NCBI GenBank assembly: GCA_965206775.1
Contig: CBDBKU010000002.1
Location: 2,115,705-2,179,704, forward strand
Source: Bryobacterales bacterium
GTDB taxonomy: Bacteria > Acidobacteriota > Terriglobia > Bryobacterales > UBA6623
DNA: 64,000 bases
Direction: 5' to 3'
Shown here: positions 34,213 to 44,268 of the stretch, one piece after another
Position numbering within the stretch: position 1 is the first letter of the stretch
Layout: every line of letters starts with the position of its first letter
Made by a program: the position numbers and the translations under genes
The notes under the pieces: model-generated
Databases searched by the model: none
Told to the model about the DNA's origin: nothing
What the model saw: the letters and a program-made list of their open reading frames with translations, nothing else

Positions 34213-34629
34213 CTAAGGTGACGGAACTGCCGAAGTCCCGAGCATCCGGGATACGAACACAAGGATTGCGAGGCCGAGGCCGGCCAAGGCGATCCCTATT
34301 CGGACCCGCTGCGGCGTTACATCCCCTTGGTGCTTCCTGTGCTCCAGCAACTCTTCGGCCGCGGGGTAGGACATTGACGGGGAGTATTCGATCCAGTGAC
34401 AGCTTTTCCCACGGCGCTTGTTGATCTCGGCAGGCGCGTCCACAGCGTGCCCCGGTTCGTACCAGACGCCTTTAGCGCAGCCTGCGCCCCCCTTGTAGTG
34501 CTTTGACAGTGCACCGTTCCGCCGCTCATCTGCTGACCATGTGCGGTCGTGTGGGGGCGAGCTTGATCCAGGGATGACAACAACGCTGTGCAGGAAGTGG
34601 CAGGTGAGGCAGGTTCTTTTCCAGGGCAC
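34213..34629 (-). CDS. Hypothetical Cys-rich protein with C-terminal TM anchor
   Basis: CxxC near the N-terminus, further Cys residues, terminal hydrophobic helix. Confidence 0.5.
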   Translation of the reverse strand: MPWKRTCLTCHFLHSVVVIPGSSSPPHDRTWSADERRNGALSKHYKGGAGCAKGVWYEPGHAVDAPAEINKRRGKSCHWIEYSPSMSYPAAEELLEHRKHQGDVTPQRVRIGIALAGLGLAILVFVSRMLGTSAVPSP

Positions 34630-34818
34630 CGCCGTACTGCAGCCAGTGTTGCACGTGCGCTCAGGCCGTTCTGAGGGGCACCAGAGGGGGCGAAAGCCAA
34701 GCGCTCAACCGCCTCCGAAAGGCGATTATCGGACACCAGGGAGGCTGGCGTCAGCGGAGGCCTGCGGCTCCATCTCGACTAGGCCGTGTCGCTCGTAGCG
34801 CGTCGCCCCCGAATACTG

Positions 34819-35103
34819 TCACGCGATGTGCAGCCGAAGGCCCAGCGCGCGCGCGATCCTCACGACGGTCGCGAAGGTCGGATTGCCGCCCGCCGACAAC
34901 GCCTTGTAGAGGCCCTCGCGGCTCATGCCCGTCTCGCGCGCGAGACCGGCCATGTTCCCGGAACGCGCCACGTCGTTCAGAGCGGCGCGGATCAGGCTGC
35001 CGTCACCCGGATCCTCGTCAGCGCATGCCTGCACGTAGAGCCGTGCGTCCTCGAGCGTCCGCAGGTGCTCGGCGGCGTCCCATTTGCTGAATCTCTCGGT
35101 CAT
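34819..35103 (-). CDS. Addiction module antidote protein (XRE-HTH)
   Basis: FSKWDAAEHL..ALNDVARS..MAGLARETGMSREGLYKALSAGGNPTFATV. Confidence 0.9.
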   Translation of the reverse strand: MTERFSKWDAAEHLRTLEDARLYVQACADEDPGDGSLIRAALNDVARSGNMAGLARETGMSREGLYKALSAGGNPTFATVVRIARALGLRLHIA

Positions 35104-35388
35104 GTCTGCCTCCATTCCTTAGCCAGCCGCAAGGCGCGTTCGATGTCCCGCTGCTGGCTACCTTTGTCGCCGCCGCACAACACGACGACGGCGTCTCCGT
35201 CGCGCAGGCAGTAGAGACGGTAGCCGGGCCCGTGGTGCACGCGCATCTCGAACAGACCGTTGCCCACCGCCCCCCGCGCTGCCGAGGGAGATGTTGCGCA
35301 AACGCGCGTTGATCCGCGCTACCGCGGCGCGATCCCTCAGGCCCCGGATCCAGCGCCGGAATGTCGCGCTTTCCAGCACGGCGACCAT
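35100..35388 (-). pseudogene. RelE/ParE-family addiction module killer, frameshifted
   Basis: FRRWIRGLRDRAAVARINARL then, in another frame, LFEMRVHHGPGYRLY..LCGGDKGSQQRDIERA. Confidence 0.85.
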
Positions 35389-35398
35389 CGACTCCGAG

Positions 35399-35416
35399 TG
35401 TAAACCGTGGTTAACA
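35399..35416. promoter_or_regulatory. TA operator palindrome
   Basis: TGTAAACC-GT-GGTTAACA, 10 bp upstream of the toxin start. Confidence 0.55.
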
Positions 35417-35700
35417 GGTCAGTCTACGGCCGTCGCATCCGTCGAACGGCCTGCCGTCGCCGCTACCCATCGCGCCGGCCTCGGTTGCCCGAAGACGACG
35501 AGCTACAGAGGCGCGCTGAGACCGCGAATCCCCAGCCAAGCTCTCAAGTGCGCGTCGCGACTGTCGGACCTGATACAGGGTGGCTTGAGGGGGCAGCATC
35601 GGGAGGGGCGGACCTCGTCTGATTGACGGCTTCCAGGAGCAGCGATTATCGATCACGGAAAGCAGCCGGCCGCTGCGGCCCCCCAGGCCAAGCAGGAGAC

Positions 35701-35994
35701 CTATGTGCGATAGCCCGCCTCGCGCTGGTGCCGCAGGGCGAGCACGCTCACTTGGCCGCCCGTGTGACGGTACAGGGCAACATAGCCGCTGTCGCCGAAA
35801 TCGATCAGCAGTTCACGGTATTCGGGCATTTCCTCCACGGGCCTGCCGATCCCGGGATGCTGCTCGAGCCCCCTGACCGCCTCAGTGATGGCCGCTGCGC
35901 CGCGCCGCGCGGCGGCGGGACTCTTGGACTCCAGGAACGCGTGGAGGCGCTCCAGATCGCGCACGGCGGCCGGGGTGAAGCTTACTCGTGGCAC
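35701..35994 (-). CDS. RelE/ParE toxin
   Basis: FTPAAVRDLERLHAFL..HPGIGRP..RELLIDFGDSGYVALYR..LRHQREAGY. Confidence 0.9.
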   Translation of the reverse strand: MPRVSFTPAAVRDLERLHAFLESKSPAAARRGAAAITEAVRGLEQHPGIGRPVEEMPEYRELLIDFGDSGYVALYRHTGGQVSVLALRHQREAGYRT

Positions 35995-36269
35995 ACCGGA
36001 GCAGCCGTCTCAGATTCCCCGCCCCAAGTGGCTAGCCACGCCAGCACCTCCCCGGCGCTGGCGTGCAGGCCGGTCTCCCGGTATTCCTGCCAGGCATCAA
36101 GCGCCTGCTGCAAGAACGCGTCGCGCGCCTCTTCTCGCTCGACGTACTGGCGGATTGCGTCGCGCATCAGCCAGTGCTGCGTGCGCCGCCGCCTTGTCGC
36201 GAGGCGCTTCATGCGCTCGCGCATTTCCGGTTCAAGTTTCACGGCCACGGAAATGGCTGGGGAGCCCAT
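35982..36269 (-). CDS. CopG/RHH antitoxin
   Basis: VAVKLEPEMRERMKRLA..HWLMRDAIRQYVEREE..TGLH; overlaps the toxin start. Confidence 0.9.
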   Translation of the reverse strand: MGSPAISVAVKLEPEMRERMKRLATRRRRTQHWLMRDAIRQYVEREEARDAFLQQALDAWQEYRETGLHASAGEVLAWLATWGGESETAAPVCHE

Positions 36270-36399
36270 TGCTGTCCCTCCAAGTATCGCTAGGTAATAC
36301 TCTACACTACCTTCCCACCAGGAAGCACCGCTTCGGTACCCCTGTTGCGACCGCTATCAACTCTTGATGCACACCTCTTGTCCGAGTGTCAATTATCGG

Positions 36400-36591
36400 A
36401 CATCGTGGAGCGCGCGGCCAATGCCTGAATCGACGCATCCCCGACCTCGCCACCATGCGCCAGCAGATCAACGCCTGGGAACAGGATCGCAACAACAGGC
36501 AGTCCAAGGTCCACTGGCAATTCACCACTCAAGGCGCTCGCATCAAGCTGAAAAGCCTATATCCGAAACTTTAGCCGGTACTGGGTACTAG
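36400..36591 (+). mobile_element. IS630 transposase 3' remnant and right end
   Basis: QCLNRRIPDL..AWEQDRN..WQFTTQGARIKLKSLYP; terminal ACTAG. Confidence 0.8.
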
Positions 36592-36593
36592 TC

Positions 36594-36860
36594 TTGCAAA
36601 ACGATGTCGCCAACAAGTCCAGCCCGGTCACCATTGTGGCTGCCATCAGTTCCAAGTTCGATCACCCTCTGTATCCCACGGAGGTCTTGATATCCGCCAA
36701 GGCACGGACAGGTCTCGCTGTGGATTCGGTAGTGCTTCTGAATCAGATTCGGACGGTCGACAAGAAAAGGCTAGTCAAGCAACTTGGCAGGCTGTCGGCG
36801 GCAAAGATGGCGGAAGTGGACCGGGCTCTGCGTATTAGCGTGGGCCTTGTGACCCTTTGA
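36594..36860 (+). pseudogene. mazF: PemK/MazF toxin, 5' truncated by IS630
   Basis: QNDVANKSSPVTIVAAIS..GLAVDSVVLLNQIRTVDKKRL; lacks the N-terminal GxEQ..RP segment. Confidence 0.85.
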
Positions 36861-36934
36861 CGGGGCGTTGTTGCACGATTCAATGCGGGCGAGTCGGACC
36901 GCTTGTCCCGCCCGTCGTTCATGACGCCACTGCG

Positions 36935-37140
36935 TCGGAGTTCGGCGACCACAAGGGGGTTGGCAAGGGCGTTTCCGAGCTTCGCATCGACTGCGGTCCC
37001 GTGTACCACGTCTACTCTGGTCTCGACGGCGAGAAACTCGTGATTCTACTGGTCGGCGGAACCAAGGAAGCGGCAGCCCCGCGACATGGAAACGGCCCAG
37101 ACCTGTGGGATGACATATCAAGCAGGAGAAGCGAAAATGC
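36935..37140 (+). pseudogene. RelE-family killer remnant
   Basis: FGDHKGVGKGVSELRIDCGPVYHVY..LVILLVGGTK. Confidence 0.75.
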
Positions 37141-37421
37141 CAGTGAAGGAACACAGAGCAAGCGACTATCTCAGCCCGCCGCAAGACATCGTCGCGTACC
37201 TGAACGCCGCGATCGAAGAATTCGAGGGTGAGCCCCGACTGCTGATGACAGCATTCCGAAACGTGGCGGCGGCGCAGGTCGGCGTATCTGAGGTCGCACG
37301 TCGTGCCGACATCGACCGCGTGCGCCTTTCCCGGGCTTTGTCGGGAAACAGGGATCCCAGGCTTGGCACGGTTACCAAGATCGCCTCTGCCTACGGAGTA
37401 CGGCTTCGGTCTGTGGCATAG
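37137..37421 (+). CDS. Addiction module antidote protein (XRE-HTH)
   Basis: ASDYL..IVAYLNAAIEE..GVSEVARRA..RALSGNRDPRLGTV. Confidence 0.8.
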   Translation: MPVKEHRASDYLSPPQDIVAYLNAAIEEFEGEPRLLMTAFRNVAAAQVGVSEVARRADIDRVRLSRALSGNRDPRLGTVTKIASAYGVRLRSVA

Positions 37422-38284
37422 ACCAGGTAGCGATCTTGCTGCGTCTTGGCATTGGCCGCGACGCTCCAGCCTTCTACGGTCATGCCCCGCCGTGTGTCTC
37501 GCGCACATGTGCGCCCCGTACGCGACGCGGTAGCGCTGGGGCCACGCCAATACCGAGGCTGGTTCCTTGACGGTTGACTCTCTCCGGCTGATCGGGGCAG
37601 CGAGGCGGACGTGAACTGAATCGGGTTGTGGCACCCTAGACCGATGTCTGCGGCGGCCCGCGGGCCGTTGCGTCAGTTCCACAATGTCGATAGCCCGACC
37701 GCCAGCCTGCAGAGCCCCCGGATTGGGGCCCTGGCGCCCTCAAGGGTGACACTCGCCTCTGTCTTGCCTCTGCCCGAGCAGCGAGGCCTGCCGGTTCGAC
37801 TGGGGTAGACGACGGATCCTGTGCCGCTTCGCTCATAGCCCTCCGGCCGGACTACCGGAATACTGAGGGGCCGGCCAACTGACACTTCGATGTGCCCGAC
37901 CGGCCCGGTGCAGAACCGCAATCAAACCCGCGCAACCGGCCCTATCGAATCGGCTCGCGCAGGGGCGGCGACCTTGAAAGACCCCCTCGCAAGAAAGCGC
38001 GACCAAATCGGCGCAAACTGTTTTCCAGTCGCACCTCCTCGCATCGTGGTGGTCCGTCCGGGTTGCCACCGAAGGCGGCTCCGGATTCAGGACCATGCGC
38101 CGGTCGCGGGCTGACACACCCTGCCTTTCCGGCGAGGCCCCGATCACACGCACCAGCTGCTCGCTTAAGTTCGCGCGAACTCCCCGCCGACCCAGGCGCA
38201 GGGAGCGTGACTGCAACTCGACCAACGGCCAGCACTCCTGGCAATCGATTAGGCTGTGCCTTCCCAGTGAGGCTGGTCTTCTAC

Positions 38285-38735
38285 CGCGTCAGAATTCAGT
38301 TACTGACCTGTAGTTCCGGGCGCATTTGGGGGTAAGTTGCCGGATTCGGGGGCGGGCACTGTCCGGCATCTTCAGCCCGCGCCCGGTTCCGTCGGCGCAG
38401 CGTCGCATCCCGGTTGCTGCGCTGCAAGGGCGACGGGCCGGTGAGTTCCCGGCGGTCCAGTTCGGCGAGGGCCCGGGGCAATCGGTCGAGCGTGCCGCAC
38501 ACGATCCGCACGTAGTCCGGATGCCGCAGGTTCGCTGCCAGGGCCGCCTGGGCCGGCTGATCCTCCATGTCGCGCCCCAATTGGGCGCGGCCCAGCAGTC
38601 GGCGCAGGCCCTGCTTGGCGCTGGCGAAGAAGTGCTCGGCGACGTTGTTGGTGCGGTCGACGACCGCCAGCGCGCGGCCCCCGTCATCGCGGGCCACCGG
38701 ATGCCCGGACAGCCCGTCGCCGTAGCGGAAAACGA
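38285..38735 (-). mobile_element. Transposase C-terminal remnant (same family as 27348 and 57975)
   Basis: VVDRTNNVAEHFF..KQGLRRLLGR..QAALAANLRHPDYVRIVCG. Confidence 0.65.
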
Positions 38736-38789
38736 CTACAAGCGCTTTATGTCCAATCTGATCCGCATTTTGTCACGGGCACTAGCTAC

Positions 38790-39089
38790 GCGACGCACAA
38801 GCATGCCAAGGTCAAGGCCTGGCTGGCCGCCCGCCCGCGCTACCACCTGCACTTCACGCCCACCTACTCGTCCTGGCTGAACCAGGTCGAGCGCTGGTTC
38901 GGGCTGATCAGCCAGCAGGCCATCCGGCGCGGCACGTTCACCAGCGTGACCGATTTGATCCGCCGCATCCACGACTTCACCAACGCCCACAACGACGACG
39001 CGAAACCCTTCGTCTGGGCCGCCACGGCTCAGTCCATCATCGACAAAATAGAACGCTTATCCCCACGTATTTGCGGGTAGGCGCACTAG
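38790..39089 (+). mobile_element. IS630 transposase 3' remnant and right end
   Basis: HKHAKVKAWLAARPRYHLHFTPTYSSWLNQVERWF..KPFVWAAT; terminal CACTAG. Confidence 0.85.
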
Positions 39090-39325
39090 GTAGCGGGCTT
39101 GGTGATGAACGATCGAGCGTTCGTGAGCGTCGATCTCGAGGAGCACTCGATCGTCCCCTTCGAACTCCCTCAGGGCACCGCACAATTCAGCCTTGACTCG
39201 CTTCTTGTCTATCAGAGTCGCCCACTATATCCACATATCGACAAACGAAACGCAGTGCCAGATCCACATCGAACCAAGGTCTAGAATATGCATCAGGATA
39301 GAGTGTCGACGTTCGGCGTTCGCGC

Positions 39326-39574
39326 CTAGTCGCCAGCGGCTTCGGAAGATTCGACAGGGCGGAACAGGCCGGATCCCTCGATCAGGCCCTCCAGCCGCGC
39401 CACGCGCTCCCCCATCGCCCGGAGCTCGGCGCGCAAGCCGTGCAGCACGCCTTCGAACCCGTCAAGACGCTTGTCAGTCCGGGATTGCAGCGTGAGCATA
39501 AGTCCGCCCAGCGCTAGCACGAGGCCGCCCAGGGCCGCGCCGACGCTCAGAATCCCGATCAGCTCCGCGCTCAC
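39326..39574 (-). CDS. Small TM plus coiled-coil protein
   Basis: N-terminal TM helix then LRAELRAMGERVARLEGLIEG. Confidence 0.65.
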   Translation of the reverse strand: MSAELIGILSVGAALGGLVLALGGLMLTLQSRTDKRLDGFEGVLHGLRAELRAMGERVARLEGLIEGSGLFRPVESSEAAGD

Positions 39575-39669
39575 ATCACTAGCCTAGCAGCGGCGACCGC
39601 CCAATCGCGAAAACGATCCTTTTCGCGACGCCGAATTGTCCAGCTGCGTGCCAGCTCCCCGGCCGACCT

Positions 39670-39935
39670 CGGGGGAACAAGTGCCGACTCCTTGACCGTG
39701 AGCCGACGGCTACCAGGCAATGTTCCCTTCCGAGGCGCGCCACCCCGAAGAAGATGAAGATCATACGGGGAATCTCTGCCCGCGGGGCGAAGAAGTGCGT
39801 CTTGTTTCCTCCCGCCGGGGCCAAGATCGCTTGACACGGGGCGTTCAAGTCAATCGGTCGACCGCCCCCATTGAACAGGTGGCCATCGTATGGGCTTGGC
39901 CGAAGGTCCGGTCGCTTGGCGTACACGACGATCGA
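39670..39935 (-). pseudogene. DNA cytosine methyltransferase internal fragment
   Basis: VYAKRPDLRPSPYDGHLFNGGGRPIDL..AGGNKTHF, frameshift, then RRLTVKESAL (motif IX-like). Confidence 0.55.
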
Positions 39936-40204
39936 CGGGGGCAGCGGCAGTCAGGGTCCGGATCGCGTGCCGAACAAGAAGCACCAACGGGGCGGTTCCG
40001 CACGAGCGGCCAAGGCACGATTCCGGACCGGCGACTAGCGCTGATTGCCTCAATCATCTTTCTCCCGCATGTCGCAGTCTGACTCGAGGCCGAAGAACGT
40101 CCATTCCTCGAGCCAGTTCGACCTGCCGGGTGCACCGACATACTGGGCACTCGTGTCCAGTATTCCGTCCGATGGCGGCACCGCCCCCGCACCGATTCTG
40201 AGTG

Positions 40205-40800
40205 CCGGGTCTTGCGCTCGTCCGGCGGCTTGCCACGCTCCGCCTGCCGGTCCGGCGCCTCGTACTGGACCGGCGGCACCCCCACCGGGATGCCTTCCCC
40301 GTTCACTGCCAGCGTCGAGTGCATTTGCAGCCCCAGCGTCCCCGCCGACCGCTTGTTCTTCCCGATATAGCCCAGTCCCACGCAGCCCCGATGCTCCGCG
40401 AAGTTCAGGTCCGTCCCGTCCTGGATGCACAGCACTGTCTCCTACCCCTGCATCCGCCCCAGCGTGCGCTCCCGGTGCGGCGCCAGGATGTTCTCCGGCG
40501 TCACCGCCGAATCCGCCGGCTGGTCGATCAGCCGGTAGTAGCCCCGCACCGCCGCCAGATCCTTCTGCGCCGCCCCCGGGAACGATTTCGCGGGCGCCTC
40601 CGCCTGAATCCGCACGCCCTCCACCAGCCTCCGGCTCAAGCGTACATCGCCCAGCGCCGCGCCGCCGAACTCGCGCTGTGCCCACACGTCCCCGGCCAGA
40701 CCCTTGCCCAGACCCCGCGCCGCCCGCGCTCCCGGCTCCTGCACGCCCAACTGCGCGCGCCAGTTGCGCACCAGCGGGTCGAGCCGGACCGCCTTCACCC
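40205..40800 (-). mobile_element. IS4-family (IS50/Tn5-like) transposase N-terminal remnant, in-frame TAG at 40442-40444
   Basis: WAQREFGGAALGDVRLSRRL..GYYRLI..MQG*ETVLCIQDGTDLNF..HSTLAV. Confidence 0.85.
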
Positions 40801-40997
40801 CCGCCCGCGAGGTGCCCGCTGTCTAACGACTAGAATTGCGCTGACTCGATTTCATGCCGTCCGGGTAAGCGGCAAGCCGATCATGCAAGTTTACGGCAGG
40901 GACCTGCTGGCGCTGCCTCCCGGCTCTCCTGAGCGGCGTCACGCCGTCATTCTACGCGCTCGGTGCGCCGTCGCGGCGGCTTCGGGCGCCTCGGGAT

Positions 40998-41648
40998 CTA
41001 CACGCGAAAGAGACTCCTGAACCAGTTGACGAACGGCCCTGACGCGGGTCGGGTGGGGTCCAGCACTCGGTCTGTTACGGCATCGTAGAGTCGCAGGCCG
41101 GGTTCATCCTGCCACGCGAGCCAAATGTGAATCTCCGCCTTCGTCCGGTGGACGTCCTTGAATGGAGCACCCCGGCGTTTCGAGTCTCAAACGCAATTCC
41201 GGGCCAGTTCGTACACAGGACCCGACTCTTCCGGAATCAGTCCGACAAGCCAGTCCTCGAGCATCCCCCTGAAGCGATTGTCCGGCATGATCCAGATGCC
41301 GAACCGCGAGCCGCCGGAATGCTCGACCTCCAGGCCTACGGCGGGAATCTGGTCCGGCAAATCCGAGAACTCGTTGCCGCACCACGCTCTGAGATCATTC
41401 CAACGGATGGCGGCGTCACCGTTCGCATCGACCACGACGCCCAGAGCTTCGAGTCCCGAGGCTCCCAATTCGGCATCGAGGACTCCCGGCTTCAGGATCT
41501 CGTCGACGCCCCCGCGCGTATCGATGAATACGGGGGAGTTGGGAGGATGGGGCCACGGGACACCGTTTGCTTCCGCCAAGCCGGCGATTACGCCCCTGTC
41601 CGTCTCGCCCTCCACGAGGAGCTTCCGGGGATGGTTCCTCGCGGGCAA
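40998..41648 (-). pseudogene. DUF3226 (TOPRIM-like) protein, in-frame TGA at 41187-41189
   Basis: LLVEGETD, GVVVDAN, GIWIMPDN..GMLED; after the stop KAEIHIWLAWQDEPG..FVNWFRSLF. Confidence 0.8.
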
Positions 41649-41649
41649 C

Positions 41650-42765
41650 TCACCGAACCTCTATGCTCCGCTCGACGGCGGCGAGGATGGCCTCGCGACT
41701 GAACCTGACCGCTTTTCCCCGGCTCCGGTCGATCCTCTGAATCGTGACGTCATCGGGCTCGGATTTCGCAATTGCCGCCAGACTTTCATAGCAGTCGCGG
41801 CTGTGGGTCGTGGCGAACACCTGGACCGACAGCGCGGCCGCCCGCTTACTGATCATCCGCCACATGCCTTCCATCACCGAGAAGTGGAGACCAGTGTCGA
41901 TCTTGTCGACTAGCAGGACTCCGCCCTCGGCGTTCGAAAGGGAGAGCGCCAGCCCCAGCATCCGCCACATACCGTCGCCCATGCTTCCTATCGGGACGCG
42001 GTCGGCAACTTCGCGAAGCTTGAGTGCCACCCCGCCGGGCGCGTTACGACCGAGGCGGCCACGGTCGTTTGCAACCGGCGCAATACGCTCGATGGCCGGT
42101 TCTACGATGCGAAGCGCCTGCGTAATGGCCTCTTCCTTGGGTGTAAGGACGAACTTGCTGAACGTGCGAACGACATCCGTCGCCGTCACGCCGCTGGTTC
42201 TGACGAACTGCACCGACTAGCTCGGTGCGTTTCGCGCCCGTATCGGCCGTAGAGGCCGCAATAGCAGCCCTTCGTCGGTGAGGACAGACTTGTACCGGGC
42301 TTCCGCATCCGACCACTGGACGTGAAGGACGAGCCGCTCGTTTTCGGCGCTCTCCGGCACTTCCGCACCCCATTCATCGGACTCGCGGGCGGTCGGGCCC
42401 TCGACGGACACCGTCAGTGTGTCGTTCCAACCCGCGGCAGCGATGTCGCCGCCACGGTCCGCCTCGACGCGTAGCCCGCCGCGCAGCTCGCGGTTCGCGA
42501 ATAGACGCGACACATCGAGGCGATCCGTTCGAGCCCCAAGAGAAGCGCTGGCGTCCTCGTCACTGGCGTCGCCCCACGCTCCCCGACGCCGCATAATTTC
42601 TGACAGCACCGTCGGGTCGCCGGCCGACCGGAGCAACTCGATGCACTCCAGAATCGAGGTCTTGCCGCAGTTGTTCGTCCCTACGAGCAGGTTGACGCGG
42701 CCGAGCCCCTGCATCCGGAACGAGTCGAGGCCACGGTAGCCCTGAATTCGTATCGATGAATACAA
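41650..42765 (-). pseudogene. AAA_15/AAA_21 ABC-type ATPase, in-frame TAG at 42217-42219
   Basis: NLLVGTNNCGKTSILE (Walker A), SMGDG, LLVDKIDTGLH (Walker B with E to K), QVFATTHS. Confidence 0.85.
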
Positions 42766-43112
42766 CGCGCTCGCTGTGACGATGCAAGTGCCGCAAGCAT
42801 GACGCGCTCGATCGTGCGCGCCAGACGCGGTGCTGCCGCGGTCGCCCGGCGGCAATCGCTCGAATTGCAGCAAGCAAAAGTCATTGGATATGCTCGCCGG
42901 GTTGCATTGTTGCATTCGCTCGGAAACCTGCAAGGCGGCCTCGCAGCCGAACAAAGCAGCCGGATGTTGGTTTGGGGCAGGCCCTCAAGCCGCGGCGAAT
43001 GGGTCAGACTGCCCCGCCTGTGCGGATGTTACAAGGCTCTGAGCCTGTGCCTAGCCAGAAACGGGATGGAATGACAATTGCAATTCTCCTCCGGAATTCT
43101 TGATTGTCGTCT

Positions 43113-43450
43113 CCCGCGTGCTCAACGCCCGATCAGCGACCCGACAGGCTCGAGCCGTCGGGGCGCCGGTATTCACGGCGGCACAAGGGCAAGCTCTCGA
43201 GAACCGCGACCTGGCCAAGCAGATCCACGAGCTGTCCCGATCCACGGGAGGTCTGGCATTCGAGGTCAAGAAGAGCGGCCAGGCGCAGCGGATCTTCTTC
43301 GAGATTTCCAGAGCGCTGAAGCATGGCTATCTGCTGGCATTTCGCCCGCCTCAGGCAACGAGCGACGAGTGGCGAGACATCGAGGTGGCTGTGTCCGGAG
43401 TCAGGAGAGCGCAGATCCGCGCGAATAGCGGCTACTTCGCCGTTCCGTAG
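43113..43450 (+). pseudogene. VWA-domain protein copy 3 (3' fragment)
   Basis: VLNARSA..IRANSGYFAVP. Confidence 0.85.
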
Positions 43451-44268
43451 GACATTGCCCCCGAGCCTGGGCTGAATGGCCGGGAGGCTGCAGGGCGAGC
43501 CAGTCGCGCATAGTCCCGGCAGCGATGCGGGCGCGCCGGGCCTTCTCCTGCCTCGCGGTCCGGCGCGCGGCCGAACCGGTACCGCAAGCGGTCCAAGCGG
43601 AATGCGGGATCAAGTGCACTGGCGGAACCTGCCTCGCAACTGCCTTGCCAGCACCTGCAGACAGTTCCATTCTCGGTCGGCGGTGCAGTAACGCACGAGC
43701 AGCACGACGTTGTTGAAGCGGGTGTGCAGCACGGTATCGATGCGCTCGTCCGGGACGGGTTCCGCCGACGGGGGAATCCAGACGCTGGTCTCATGTCCGG
43801 TCGCACTGCAGCATCTCGCAGGTGGAATTGCGCTTCCAATCTCTGAAGCTCTCACCGACGCGGGAGCGAGAACATGTCCTGCCGGGATCTCGTTGCCGAC
43901 GTGCTGGACCGGGCAGCGATCACACGAGACTTGCAGGCACTGACTCACCTGGCTCATCGGAGAAGCCGATGGCGGTGCCGGCAGCCAACTATTCTGGCAA
44001 GGCGTGGATGGCATGCCAGCGAGGGACTGCTTTCAGGCAGCAGCGATGCGCGGACTGGTCCAGTGAGCGCCCGAATCGCGATCCATGCGACTCGCTGGCG
44101 CGCGCCATCTGGCGGAGACTCGCGGCCGGGTGGGAGATAGCGGGCACCGAACTCCACTTTGCGAACTGACCCCGAAGCGCTCGACCCTCCCGTCTTTGAC
44201 GATTTGAGAAGGGCTCTCGCCGGCAATGGAGATCCCGCCAACATGTGGGTCTTGCACTACCAAGGCGC

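Noticed and set aside
37430-38280. Possible structured ncRNA or group II intron remnant
   Set aside because: No GUGYG start or domain V motif that I can identify and no reverse transcriptase; cannot be supported without a covariance-model search.
4543-42219. Several in-frame TAG codons (4543, 6044, 29113, 40442, 42217) suggesting amber recoding
   Set aside because: The replaced residue is inconsistent (Glu in VWA paralogs, Arg in the NHL paralog, probably Gln elsewhere). Genuine genes here end in TAG (VWA, higB, vapC), and TAA/TGA stops and frameshifts also occur. Ordinary decay explains it.
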